Assembly: GCA_965218355.1 (NCBI GenBank)
Contig: CBDCKV010000008.1
Span: 50,634 to 114,633, forward strand
Origin: Flavobacteriaceae bacterium
GTDB taxonomy: Bacteria > Bacteroidota > Bacteroidia > Flavobacteriales > Flavobacteriaceae
Direction of reading: 5' to 3'
DNA: 64,000 bases
Shown here one piece after another: positions 18,102 through 27,826 of this stretch (the stretch's first letter is position 1; every line of letters begins with the position of its first letter). A program made the translations under genes and the position numbers. The notes beneath the pieces were generated by a model. It did no database searches. It was not told the origin of the DNA and worked only from the letters and a program-made list of their open reading frames with translations.

Positions 18102-20570
18102 ATGAACAAGTTAGTCCTCTTATTTTTTATGCTGTTTTTTGCAGCAACACATGCACAAGACATTACTGTTATTGATGCAGTCTCTGGGGACCCAATACCT
18201 GAAGTAGCAATTTACAACAAAGAAAAATCAACAGCAGGAGTCACCAATACCCATGGGATTATTGATGTCTCTAATTTTAAAAATGCGGAAACACTTTACT
18301 TTTCGCACGTATCGTACTTGCCATTTCAAACGAAAAAGAACAGTCTTAAAAAAACAGCCTTTCGTGTCTTCTTACAGAAAAAAAATGAAGAGTTAGACGA
18401 GGTGGTCTTAACGGTTTTTAAAAAGAAAGAATCGTCTCGCAGAATTGCAGAACAGATAGCAGTGCTTTCACTGCAAGAAATTCAGCAAATTTCTCCGCAG
18501 ACCTCTGCAGATTTATTAGCGACCATTCCTGGAATTAAAGTACAAAAATCGCAATTTGGAGGCGGAAGCCCGGTTTTACGAGGCATGGAGTCTAACCGTG
18601 TTTTATTGGTGGTTGACGGGGTGCGTATGAACAATGCCATTTACAGGAAAGGTCATTTACAAAACTCGATTACCGTAAGCCCTAACCTGCTCAATAGAAC
18701 CGAAGTTATCTTTGGTCCCTCTTCTGTTGCGTATGGCTCAGATGCTTTAGGAGGCGTGATCCATTACCACACAAAAACACCGCGTGTTTCTGAAAAGCCG
18801 TTGGTAACAGCACAAACTTTTGCGCGTTTTGGCTCTGTAAACAACGAAATTACAACCCACGCTGCAGTTACTGCACGCTTTAAAAAATGGGCGTCTTTTA
18901 CCAGTGTGTCGTACAGTAGTTTTGGAGATTTAACTATGGGAGAAAACCGTACTCATGGATTTAAAGACTGGGGAAAGGTCCCTTATTTTTCCTCAAACTC
19001 AGCGAGTTTTTTTACAGAAAATCAGACCCAAAACACACACCTTTCTTTACAACCAAATACCGGCTACCATCAAACAGATCTTTTACAGAAAATTGTCATT
19101 CCGTTTTCGGAAAACACCAATTTAAAAATAAACTTTCAATACACGACCTCTTCAAACATCCCTCGGTTTGATAAATTAACGGAGCTTTCTAACGGAAATT
19201 TAAAGTTTGCTGAATGGCATTACGGGCCACAACAACGGTTTTTAGCGTCGACACAATTGGAGATCAATCCGCAAAAAAAATGGATGAAGAACGGGGTTTT
19301 TACAACGGCATTTCAACAAATAAAAGAAAGTAGGATACAACGAAAATTTGGTAGTTTTGATCGGACGTATAGAAATGAATCTGTAGACGTATTTAGTATA
19401 AATGGCGATTTTTCAGTGCCGTTAACACCCAATAAAAACAGTAACTTATCCTACGGTTTCGAGTGGTCTAATAATTGGGTAAGCTCAAGAGCTGTTGGAA
19501 AAACATTGGACGTTCAAGGAACGAGTATTCTTGGCTTTTCAAATGCCTTTACGGTACAATCGCGCTACCCAGACGGCGGAAGTACCTACATGAACACAGC
19601 ACTGTATACAGACTACCGCCAAGAGCTTACTAAAAAAAGCACGTTAAATACAGGAATACGTCTTACACATACCAGCTTAAAAGCAACATGGCTAGACACC
19701 ACATTTATTACTTTACCCGACCCAGATATTTCGTTGGAAAACACGGCCGTTACCGCAACAATAGGCTATGTGTATAACGCGACTAAAAACTCAAAAATAA
19801 ACGCGGTACTGTCTTCAGGTTTTCGCTCTCCAAATATTGATGATGTAGGAAAAGTAGGAGAGAAAAAAGGAAATATTACGGTACCAAATATCGATTTAAA
19901 ACCAGAATACGCGTACAATGCCGAGTTGGGTTTTCAGCAAGATTTTTTAGAAAAGAGAGTTCGAATAAACGGAAGCATTTACTATACATTATTGCAAAGT
20001 TACATTTACAGAGAAGCGTTTGTATTGTTAGGAAACAGTACTGCTGTGTACGATGGAGAAGAGGGTTTACTTGTCGCAAACCAAAACAAAGGGAATGCTT
20101 ACGTAACCGGATTTACAACAAGTTACCAGGCAACTTTACACCCCAATTGGAAATCTACAGGGTTTGTAACAATGACCAGAGGAGCCACCTACGACACGCA
20201 AGAACCCATGTCTTCTATCCCACCCCTGTTCGGAAATGTAGGACTTGTCTATCGCTATGAAAAAGTTGAAGCAGGTGCGAACATGCGATTCAATGCACGT
20301 AAAAAAATTGCAGAATACAATTTAATAGAAGGCATAGACAACCAAGACGAAACACCCGTGATAAACGCAATGGCTACTGAAGATTTACAAAGATATTATG
20401 GCACGCCCAGTTGGTACAGCTTGAACCTTTTTAGCACCTATACCTTTAACCCTACTTGGTCTGTACAAGGAATGGTTTCGAATGTCTTAGACATGCATTA
20501 CAAAGAGTTTGCCTCTGGAGTTTCTGCTCCTGGAAGAAATTTGTCTCTAATTTTTAGAGCCACGTTTTAA
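18102..20570 (+). CDS. TonB-dependent receptor
   Basis: Signal peptide, plug (GGSPVLRG, VDGVR, GPSSVAYGSDALGGVI), GFRSPN, PGRN..F C-terminus. Confidence 0.92.
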   Translation: MNKLVLLFFMLFFAATHAQDITVIDAVSGDPIPEVAIYNKEKSTAGVTNTHGIIDVSNFKNAETLYFSHVSYLPFQTKKNSLKKTAFRVFLQKKNEELDEVVLTVFKKKESSRRIAEQIAVLSLQEIQQISPQTSADLLATIPGIKVQKSQFGGGSPVLRGMESNRVLLVVDGVRMNNAIYRKGHLQNSITVSPNLLNRTEVIFGPSSVAYGSDALGGVIHYHTKTPRVSEKPLVTAQTFARFGSVNNEITTHAAVTARFKKWASFTSVSYSSFGDLTMGENRTHGFKDWGKVPYFSSNSASFFTENQTQNTHLSLQPNTGYHQTDLLQKIVIPFSENTNLKINFQYTTSSNIPRFDKLTELSNGNLKFAEWHYGPQQRFLASTQLEINPQKKWMKNGVFTTAFQQIKESRIQRKFGSFDRTYRNESVDVFSINGDFSVPLTPNKNSNLSYGFEWSNNWVSSRAVGKTLDVQGTSILGFSNAFTVQSRYPDGGSTYMNTALYTDYRQELTKKSTLNTGIRLTHTSLKATWLDTTFITLPDPDISLENTAVTATIGYVYNATKNSKINAVLSSGFRSPNIDDVGKVGEKKGNITVPNIDLKPEYAYNAELGFQQDFLEKRVRINGSIYYTLLQSYIYREAFVLLGNSTAVYDGEEGLLVANQNKGNAYVTGFTTSYQATLHPNWKSTGFVTMTRGATYDTQEPMSSIPPLFGNVGLVYRYEKVEAGANMRFNARKKIAEYNLIEGIDNQDETPVINAMATEDLQRYYGTPSWYSLNLFSTYTFNPTWSVQGMVSNVLDMHYKEFASGVSAPGRNLSLIFRATF

Positions 20571-20573
20571 AAT

Positions 20574-20921
20574 TTAAGAAAGCGGCATCCCTTCGTCGTC
20601 AAAATGGCTAGACAACAGGTTCTCTGTTTTAATAACGGCTGCAGCTAAAGAAAGGATTAAGAAAACCATAGGCTCCCAACTTAACGAAGCACTTGTGGTT
20701 GCTGCAAAAAGCAAGGCTGCTACGAAAGAAATTGCGGTGTACATAACCAAAGACTTGTTAAATGCACGGTTGGCAAATTTCCAAATAGCTTCATTTTTCA
20801 TCGACTTATTTGTACGATACCCATAGAGAGCATTTATTTTTTTTGGTGGGAAAAAGTAAAAAACAAGACTGATTAAAAAGAGCAATCCGTTTACACTGCC
20901 TACGATATATAAGTTACTCAT
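20574..20921 (-). CDS. SdpI/YhfL family membrane protein
   Basis: PPKKINALYGYRT..SM...W..AN motif. Confidence 0.82.
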   Translation of the reverse strand: MSNLYIVGSVNGLLFLISLVFYFFPPKKINALYGYRTNKSMKNEAIWKFANRAFNKSLVMYTAISFVAALLFAATTSASLSWEPMVFLILSLAAAVIKTENLLSSHFDDEGMPLS

Positions 20922-20926
20922 GTTTA

Positions 20927-21790
20927 TTATTTTAGCGGCCGCATTAACCCTTCTTGTGCAACAGATGCGACCAATAATCCATCTCGGGTGAAAATATTTC
21001 CTTTGGCAAAACCTCTACCGCCAAAAGCATTTGGACTCTCTATCGAAAAGAGCATCCAGTCATTAAAATCAAAATCTCTATAAAACCACATCGCATGGTC
21101 TAAGCTTGCCATTTGCATGTTTCCGAAATGCGCTTTACTGGCATTTGGACACAAACAAGCGGTAAGAATGTTGTAATCTGAAATGTAGCTCAACAACTCT
21201 TGTTTGGTGCTTTGTTGTAGGCTGGTTGCATCTCCTTTTACTTTAAACCAAACATCTAAAACAGGGGGTAAATCTTTGGCGTCTAGCGGATTTACAATGT
21301 GTGTGGGTTTAAAATCTATAGGCCGTTCTATTTGTAAAAACGTCTGTAATTTTTTGGGTAAGAAATCACCAAACTGGACCGACATTTCGTCCCAACTCAT
21401 TAATTCTTCAGGTTGTTTGAGGTCTTTTTTTATTTCTTGTTGATGCGCGTATCCGTCTTCTTTTTTATGAAAAGAGGCGGCCAATATAAAGATGGTTTTT
21501 TTTCCTTGACATGCCGTTACTCTTCGTGTAGAAAAACTACCTCCATTTCTTATTTCTTCGACATTGTACGTAATAGAAGTGGTTAAATCCCCGGCTTCTA
21601 AAAAATAAGAATGCAACGAGTGCAACGATCGGTTTTTAGGAACGGTTCTATTGGCAGCGTGTATGGCTTGCGCCACTACTTGTCCGCCAAAAACATGTGG
21701 GCTTCCAATGGTTTTGCTCTGGCCATTAAAAGTGTTTTTAGCCACTTCTTGTAAGGTTAAAATTTCCATTAAATCTTGTATAGATTTCAT
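20927..21790 (-). CDS. tesB: Acyl-CoA thioesterase II
   Basis: VFGGQVVAQA, HSLHSYF, ASLDHAMWF, SVAQEGL. Confidence 0.92.
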   Translation of the reverse strand: MKSIQDLMEILTLQEVAKNTFNGQSKTIGSPHVFGGQVVAQAIHAANRTVPKNRSLHSLHSYFLEAGDLTTSITYNVEEIRNGGSFSTRRVTACQGKKTIFILAASFHKKEDGYAHQQEIKKDLKQPEELMSWDEMSVQFGDFLPKKLQTFLQIERPIDFKPTHIVNPLDAKDLPPVLDVWFKVKGDATSLQQSTKQELLSYISDYNILTACLCPNASKAHFGNMQMASLDHAMWFYRDFDFNDWMLFSIESPNAFGGRGFAKGNIFTRDGLLVASVAQEGLMRPLK

Positions 21791-21819
21791 AACAGTAAGG
21801 TTTTATACATCGGCTAATT

Positions 21820-23019
21820 TTAAGGTTTTTTTGTTACCTTAAAAGGGTGTTTCTGTTGAAAAGGAGTTGGTTCTATATACTGGATAAAGGGTTTTAAAAA
21901 CCGATTTGCAATTGATTTTTTGTGACGCATATAACACGTTAAGTCTTGAGGAGTTGCGCCCACCGAGCTTTTTATTTCACTCGCTGTTCTTCCAAAATTA
22001 AGGACTTCTACTTTATACGCAATGGCTGTTTCAATATAATCATACAACATGCGTTGGTAAATAGCATGGCTTTTATTAAAATTGTAATCAATTCCTACAA
22101 AATGTGCGTCTAAAGAATTTTTGGTACGCATACCTGATAAAAACCCAACAATTTCGTTGTTCAGCCAGTACGTTTTTAGTAGGTAAGCACTTCCCAAGTT
22201 TTTTTTGAGAGCACAATAGGTTTCTAAGTTAAATTCTCCAAGGTTAAAAGAGGCTTTTGAGGCTACTTTTTTATACAAAGTAGTCATTGCAGGAAGTTGT
22301 TGTTCAATATTTTCTGCGGTAACTTCTTGTACGATTAAAGAGGCACTTTGCGAGCGCGCTTTTTTTGCTTTTACACGGAATTTGGTTTTCATTACTGCAA
22401 GATAATCGTTAAAAGTACGCCAAGAAGGATCTATCGCTAAGACCATATTTGGTTCTACAAGAAAAGAGTAATAGCTAGCATCGTGCAATTGATTTGCATT
22501 GCGAAGGGATTCGTTTCGAAAATCTTTAATAAGATAAGCGCTCACGGTTTTTTTTAAGTGTTCGTTTTCATTTACGAGGGAAACGATGGCCTTTGAAAGC
22601 AGGGTAAATACCTGTTTTGGGTCGGTGTTTTCTTTTATAAAAACACCGTGCTCTCCGCTAACAAAGGCATTGCCACAAACCAGTAGTTTTAACGCACACT
22701 CTTTTTTTCTAAAAAACTGCCTGCTAAGGCATTGCCATTTTGCAAGTCCTTTTTCAAAGGAGTTTTCTAGCAATTCAGTAGAGAAATCGAGCACTTTAAT
22801 AAGGGCAAGTGCGATTGCTTTTTGAGTATCGTCTACAATAACAATGTACGAAAACTCAATATGTGGGTTGTTTTCTTCAAGCGCACTCAAATAGGAGGCA
22901 TTAAAATAGGGGTTTACACCAACCTGTAACTCCTTCCAAACGGCAACAGGGATTGTTGTTACTGAAGTGAAATACTGCGCAGATGAGGTGTGGTTACAAA
23001 AAATCAAAAATGAGTGCAA
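21820..23019 (-). CDS. FemAB/GNAT-fold acyltransferase-like protein (start uncertain)
   Basis: W-x-x-F-x-DYL..M..K..R helix, FVGIDY, YQRMLYD, FGRTASEIKSSVGA. Confidence 0.6.
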   Translation of the reverse strand: MHSFLIFCNHTSSAQYFTSVTTIPVAVWKELQVGVNPYFNASYLSALEENNPHIEFSYIVIVDDTQKAIALALIKVLDFSTELLENSFEKGLAKWQCLSRQFFRKKECALKLLVCGNAFVSGEHGVFIKENTDPKQVFTLLSKAIVSLVNENEHLKKTVSAYLIKDFRNESLRNANQLHDASYYSFLVEPNMVLAIDPSWRTFNDYLAVMKTKFRVKAKKARSQSASLIVQEVTAENIEQQLPAMTTLYKKVASKASFNLGEFNLETYCALKKNLGSAYLLKTYWLNNEIVGFLSGMRTKNSLDAHFVGIDYNFNKSHAIYQRMLYDYIETAIAYKVEVLNFGRTASEIKSSVGATPQDLTCYMRHKKSIANRFLKPFIQYIEPTPFQQKHPFKVTKKP

Positions 23020-23083
23020 TTTTAAAAAGATAAAGGTGCTAAAAAAATACGAAGTAGTGTGTTAAAAATTTGTGTAGAGTTTA

Positions 23084-23116
23084 TTATTTTAATTTATTCT
23101 AAATAAACTATATTTG
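23084..23116 (+). promoter_or_regulatory. Fur-like imperfect palindrome adjoining a -7 element
   Basis: TTATTTTAATTTATTCTAAATAA (23084-23106) followed by TATATTTG (23109-23116). Confidence 0.55.
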
Positions 23117-23134
23117 CATTTCAATAATTTTTCG

Positions 23135-23311
23135 ATGTTTGTCTTTTACACCATTTCTCAAAAAACGACCCAACCTGTATCCTTACATGGTTGCGATAAG
23201 GTTTGTACAAGCAGTTGTTTACAGCCAAAAACACGTTGTTGTATGAAGTATAAAAAGAAAGGTGTAAATTGTAAACGTTGTCCAAAAACAGCCCTTCAAG
23301 CAGCTTCATAA
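23135..23311 (+). CDS. Small Cys-rich protein (58 aa, 7 Cys), putative metal/Fe-S binding
   Basis: MFVFYTISQK...CDKVCTSSC...RCCMKYKKKGVNCKRCPK; own -7 element upstream and hairpin terminator downstream. Confidence 0.7.
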   Translation: MFVFYTISQKTTQPVSLHGCDKVCTSSCLQPKTRCCMKYKKKGVNCKRCPKTALQAAS

Positions 23312-23315
23312 AAAC

Positions 23316-23349
23316 AAAAAAAGAGCGCCAAAAAAGGCACTCTTTTTTT
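23316..23349. terminator. Bidirectional intrinsic terminator
   Basis: AAAAAAGAGCGCC-loop-GGCACTCTTTTTT between convergent genes. Confidence 0.8.
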
Positions 23350-23366
23350 AGAACTGCTATATTTTC

Positions 23367-24545
23367 TTATTTAAAAGCGTTTAATCCAGTAATATCAAGT
23401 CCTGTAATTAACAAGTGAATGTCATGTGTTCCTTCATAGGTAATTACGCTTTCTAGGTTCATAGAATGACGCATGATAGAATATTCTCCGGTAATACCCA
23501 TTCCTCCTAGCATTTGTCTTGCTTCTCTAGCAATGTTAATTGCCATATCTACATTGTTTCTTTTTGCCATTGAAATTTGCGCAGAAGTTGCTCTGTCTTC
23601 GTTACGCAAGACACCCAATCTCCAAGTAAGCAATTGCGCTTTGGTAATTTCGGTAATCATTTCTGCTAATTTCTTTTGTTGTAACTGAAATTGCCCAATA
23701 GGTTTACCAAATTGCACGCGTTCTTTACAGTAACGCAATGCGGTATCGTAGCAATCCATGGCAGCACCAATAGCACCCCAAGCAATACCGTAACGTGCAC
23801 TGTCTAAACATCCTAAAGGCGCTCCAAGGCCAGATTTGTTAGGGAGTAGGTTTTCTTTAGGAATTTTTACATTGTCAAAAATTAATTCCCCTGTTGCAGA
23901 GGCTCTTAAAGACCATTTGTTGTGTGTCTCTGGTGTTGTAAAACCTTCCATTCCACGTTCTACAATAAGTCCGTGAATACGCCCGGTTTCATCTTTGGCC
24001 CACACCACAGCAATTTGTGCGAAAGGCGCATTTGAAATCCACATTTTAGCACCATTTAAAAGGTAATGGTCTCCCATGTCTTTAAATTTCGTTTCCATCC
24101 CTGAAGGATTTGACCCGTGGTTTGGCTCTGTCAAACCAAAACAGCCAATCCATTCACCAGAAGCTAATTTTGGCAAGTATTTTTTACGTTGTGCTTCGTT
24201 ACCATATTTCCAAATAGGATACATAACCAATGAAGACTGTACAGAGGCTGTAGAGCGTACGCCACTATCTCCGCGTTCTATTTCTTGCATAATTAAACCG
24301 TACGAAATTTGGTCTAAGCCAGCGCCACCGTATTCTTCTGGAATATAGGGTCCAAAGGCACCAATTTCTGCCAAACCACCCACAATTTGGTGTGGAAACT
24401 CGGCACGTTGTGCGTAATCTTCTATAATTGGAGACACTTCTCTTTTTACCCATTCGCGTGATGCGTCTCGTACGAGCTTGTGCTCTTCGGTAAGGAGATC
24501 GTCAATTTGATAATAATCAGGTGCTTGAAATAAATCGGCTTTCAT
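23367..24545 (-). CDS. gcdH: Acyl-CoA dehydrogenase, glutaryl-CoA dehydrogenase-like
   Basis: ERGDSGVRS, GCFGLTEPNHGS, GAKMWISN, TYEGTHDIH; start moved to ATG 24545. Confidence 0.85.
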   Translation of the reverse strand: MKADLFQAPDYYQIDDLLTEEHKLVRDASREWVKREVSPIIEDYAQRAEFPHQIVGGLAEIGAFGPYIPEEYGGAGLDQISYGLIMQEIERGDSGVRSTASVQSSLVMYPIWKYGNEAQRKKYLPKLASGEWIGCFGLTEPNHGSNPSGMETKFKDMGDHYLLNGAKMWISNAPFAQIAVVWAKDETGRIHGLIVERGMEGFTTPETHNKWSLRASATGELIFDNVKIPKENLLPNKSGLGAPLGCLDSARYGIAWGAIGAAMDCYDTALRYCKERVQFGKPIGQFQLQQKKLAEMITEITKAQLLTWRLGVLRNEDRATSAQISMAKRNNVDMAINIAREARQMLGGMGITGEYSIMRHSMNLESVITYEGTHDIHLLITGLDITGLNAFK

Positions 24546-24626
24546 ATAGTTTGTTTGTTTATGATGCCTCAAAAATAATAATAAAATGCGTTTAGAAAGC
24601 AATTCTTTTCTATTAAGTTTGTAGTA

Positions 24627-25025
24627 ATGAATTTTACATTCCAAAAAGAAGAACGATTAAAAAGCAGGAAGCTCATAGAGCAACTGTATAAAGAGGGTAC
24701 TTTTATCAAGGTTTTTCCACTAAGAATGCTATATTTACAAACAACACATACATCTACTTTTCCTGCACAAGCTGGCGTTTCTGTACCGAAAAGGAATTTT
24801 AAAAGAGCGGTAGATAGAAATCGACTCAAACGATTGTTGCGAGAAAGTTACCGAAAACAAAAACACACAGTGTATGACGTGGCAGAAAAACCGTATGTGT
24901 TTATGATTTCGTATCTTGGAAAAGAAATGTGGTCGTTGGCAAAAATTGAACCAAAAATGACCAAATTACTGATGCTCTTTGCTTCAAAAATTAACGAGCT
25001 CGATGAAGAAAAAGAGCAGAAATAA
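24627..25025 (+). CDS. rnpA: Ribonuclease P protein component
   Basis: KEERLKS, SVPKR.FKRAVDRNRLKR (RNR motif); TAAGTTTG -7 element at 24614-24621. Confidence 0.95.
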   Translation: MNFTFQKEERLKSRKLIEQLYKEGTFIKVFPLRMLYLQTTHTSTFPAQAGVSVPKRNFKRAVDRNRLKRLLRESYRKQKHTVYDVAEKPYVFMISYLGKEMWSLAKIEPKMTKLLMLFASKINELDEEKEQK

Positions 25026-25068
25026 AACAAACGCGTAAAGTTGTATCTTTACACAATAAAAAGCATTT

Positions 25069-26748
25069 ATGAGTCAAACAAAATATAAAAATAGAACAAG
25101 AGCCCAAGAATCTACCAGTGCAATAGAGCGATTATACATTTCTATGCGACACTTATTTAGCAGAGGTTTTTACAAACCGATGGGGATTTCTGGAGAAACC
25201 TTGCGAAAATCTTTACTGTTGTTGCGTCCAGAAATTTATGGATCTATTGCAGAAGAAAAAGTAGAACTCAACGGACTTATTTATATTATTGAGCGCTTAC
25301 CAGAAGGAATTGAAGAATGTCAATTCATCAATTTAACAGCAGATGAAGGGTATGTAGCCTCGCACTTCAAAAGTATTGTTCCTCCAAAAAGAAGGAGAAA
25401 CTGTTACCGTATAGACAAAGATCAAATGAATATTGAGATCACCAGAGGAAGGTCTGAAGTCTACGATATCTTAACGCACTTGACTTTTTTGTTTATAGAG
25501 TCACACAAAATAAAAGAGAAAGTATTAATCAATAATGGCAAAGCTTGTATTCGAGAATGGGAGAATTTAAGAGAGATTGTTTTACACGACAAATCCATTA
25601 CCAAAGACGAGCGAGAAGTTACCATTGCTCATTTAGGAACCATTTTAGGGCGTACCTACCAAGAAGTGTCAGATATTTATACTGCCTTTTCTTCAGAAAA
25701 AAACCCAGACAGATTTTTTCAATTAATTTATTGGCTAGGACAATTAGCTATTAATGAAACTTTAGAAAACAACAAGCGAGTGGTGACGTTTAGCGCAGTG
25801 TTGAACGAACAGATTGGACACCATGTTTACGGTGAAATCTGGGCAAACAATATTAAAAAAAACCTGCAAGAAAAAAATCTTTTAGAAAGACCTATTCATG
25901 TCATTAGTGCAAACATGCACAGTGTGCTTAATTTTATTTATGCAAAAGGAGCTTTGCCTGCGGAAGCAAAAAAGCACCCTGGATTTAAATTGTTTGAGCT
26001 ATTAAGTAACGAAAACAGTAAAGAGTTACAAGTAGCTGTAAAGAATTACGCTGCTAAAAACGGATTGACCTATTTAAAGGATAGTTCAGGAACAAACATC
26101 AATGTTCAAGTGATTGATACTGCAAAGATTGATTTTAGCACCACCAACATTAAGCAACCAGCAACTACCGAAAATGCACCGGTTATTATTGTGATGGATT
26201 ATGCATTTGGAGAACAAGCTTATGAAACCATGGACGAGCTTTTAAAACCGTATAAAACAAAAAACACCTCCACTCATTTAAACGTAGACTCTGTGTCTAT
26301 TATGGGAAAAGCAGGTATTTTAGAAGGAGGAAAAGGAGATATTATGATTCCAGATGCCCACGTTTTTGAAGGAACAGCAGACAATTATCCATTTAAAAAC
26401 GAACTGTCTAAACAAGATTTAGAAGGATTTGGCGTTGAAGTATTTGACGGTACCATGGTCTCTGTTTTAGGAACGTCTTTACAAAATAAAGACCTGCTGA
26501 ATTTTTTCCATGATTCTACCTGGAATGTGATTGGGCTAGAAATGGAAGGAGCACATTACCAAAAAGCCATTCAGGCCGCTTCAAAAATTAGAGGAAATAT
26601 CTCAGAAGATGTAAAAGTGCGGTATGCGTATTACGCCTCAGACAACCCCTTAGAGACAGGAGCAACATTGGCCTCTGGTGGGCTAGGAATGTCTGGAGTA
26701 ACGCCGACGTACGCCATTACACAAAAAATAGTAGAACAAATATTTTAA
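25069..26748 (+). CDS. Conserved hypothetical protein (DUF6909-like) with nucleoside-phosphorylase-like C-terminal motifs
   Basis: 559-aa ORF; IMGKAG..G..GDIMIP, GLEMEG, YYASDNP. Confidence 0.65.
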   Translation: MSQTKYKNRTRAQESTSAIERLYISMRHLFSRGFYKPMGISGETLRKSLLLLRPEIYGSIAEEKVELNGLIYIIERLPEGIEECQFINLTADEGYVASHFKSIVPPKRRRNCYRIDKDQMNIEITRGRSEVYDILTHLTFLFIESHKIKEKVLINNGKACIREWENLREIVLHDKSITKDEREVTIAHLGTILGRTYQEVSDIYTAFSSEKNPDRFFQLIYWLGQLAINETLENNKRVVTFSAVLNEQIGHHVYGEIWANNIKKNLQEKNLLERPIHVISANMHSVLNFIYAKGALPAEAKKHPGFKLFELLSNENSKELQVAVKNYAAKNGLTYLKDSSGTNINVQVIDTAKIDFSTTNIKQPATTENAPVIIVMDYAFGEQAYETMDELLKPYKTKNTSTHLNVDSVSIMGKAGILEGGKGDIMIPDAHVFEGTADNYPFKNELSKQDLEGFGVEVFDGTMVSVLGTSLQNKDLLNFFHDSTWNVIGLEMEGAHYQKAIQAASKIRGNISEDVKVRYAYYASDNPLETGATLASGGLGMSGVTPTYAITQKIVEQIF

Positions 26749-26783
26749 AGGCGTGTTAACGCCCACATAAAAATTAGTGAAAA

Positions 26784-27821
26784 ATGACCACAAAAAAGCA
26801 ATCACAAGAAGAAGAGATAGAATTGGGCTCTTTATTCGTATTAATAGGAAAAGGGTTTTCAGCTATTTTAAAAGCGGTTCAACAATTACTTACTTACTTT
26901 TTCCATGTACTAATTACCTTTTTATTGTTTGTAAAAAAACATGTTATAAAATTAAGTCTTGCCGCTCTTCTTGGTGGCGTACTAGGAGGTTTTTTAGAAA
27001 CGAACAAAACGCAAAAATTTGGAGCAGACTTATTGGTACAACCTAATTTTAAAAGCACCAAACAATTGTATAATAATGTTGGCTATTATGCAGCTTTAAT
27101 TCAACAAAAAGACACTTTTTTATTGGCAAAAACTTTTGCTATTTCGGTGGAAGAAGCAGCATCAATTAAGAAATTTGAAATAAAACCAGTTAAGAATTCT
27201 TCAGACCTGTTAGCTTCTTACGATGAGTTTTTAAACTCTGTAGATTCGTTGTCTGTGAAAAAATATACGTTCAGTATGTTTGAAAAATCTTTTACAACGA
27301 CTGATTATAAACAACATACGATTCATGTAGCGGCGACAAAAAATAAGGTGTTTCAAAAACTAGAAAATGTTATTATTGCAGAAGTAGTTGCAAACAAACA
27401 TTTTGAAAAAGCCAAGCAATTAACCAATGAAAACTTACACAGAACAAATACGAGTTTACAAGAAAATTTAGCACAGGTAGATTCTTTGCGCAAAATGTAT
27501 TTACAAACAATGTTGGCAGAATCAAAAAAGGTGACTACCGGAACTAGTATTGCTTTTGGAGGCGACAAAAACACGTTCAAAGAAATTGAACTGTTTGAAA
27601 CCAGCCGCGAAATAAATGAAGAACTCAAAGAAGTAAGCACAGCACTCTCTCAAAATACAGCCGTAGTTAATGTGTTGTCTAGTTTTCAGCCGGTAGGGTA
27701 TGAAATTAATGGATTCAAGGAAAACCTAGCGGTACTTGGAGCGGGTGTGGGCTTAGGATTGGTGTTCCTTTTCTTAGGACTTTTACAATTGAACAGCTAT
27801 TTAGACACCTATAAAAAATAA
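26784..27821 (+). CDS. Wzz-like polysaccharide chain-length regulator
   Basis: EEEIELG N-terminus, two terminal TM segments, coiled coil; heads the polysaccharide cluster. Confidence 0.6.
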   Translation: MTTKKQSQEEEIELGSLFVLIGKGFSAILKAVQQLLTYFFHVLITFLLFVKKHVIKLSLAALLGGVLGGFLETNKTQKFGADLLVQPNFKSTKQLYNNVGYYAALIQQKDTFLLAKTFAISVEEAASIKKFEIKPVKNSSDLLASYDEFLNSVDSLSVKKYTFSMFEKSFTTTDYKQHTIHVAATKNKVFQKLENVIIAEVVANKHFEKAKQLTNENLHRTNTSLQENLAQVDSLRKMYLQTMLAESKKVTTGTSIAFGGDKNTFKEIELFETSREINEELKEVSTALSQNTAVVNVLSSFQPVGYEINGFKENLAVLGAGVGLGLVFLFLGLLQLNSYLDTYKK

Positions 27822-27826
27822 CCACA

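Noticed and set aside
23121-23309. 62-aa minus-strand ORF opposite the Cys-rich mini-gene
   Set aside because: The plus strand has the promoter, terminator and a patterned Cys motif; the minus ORF has none
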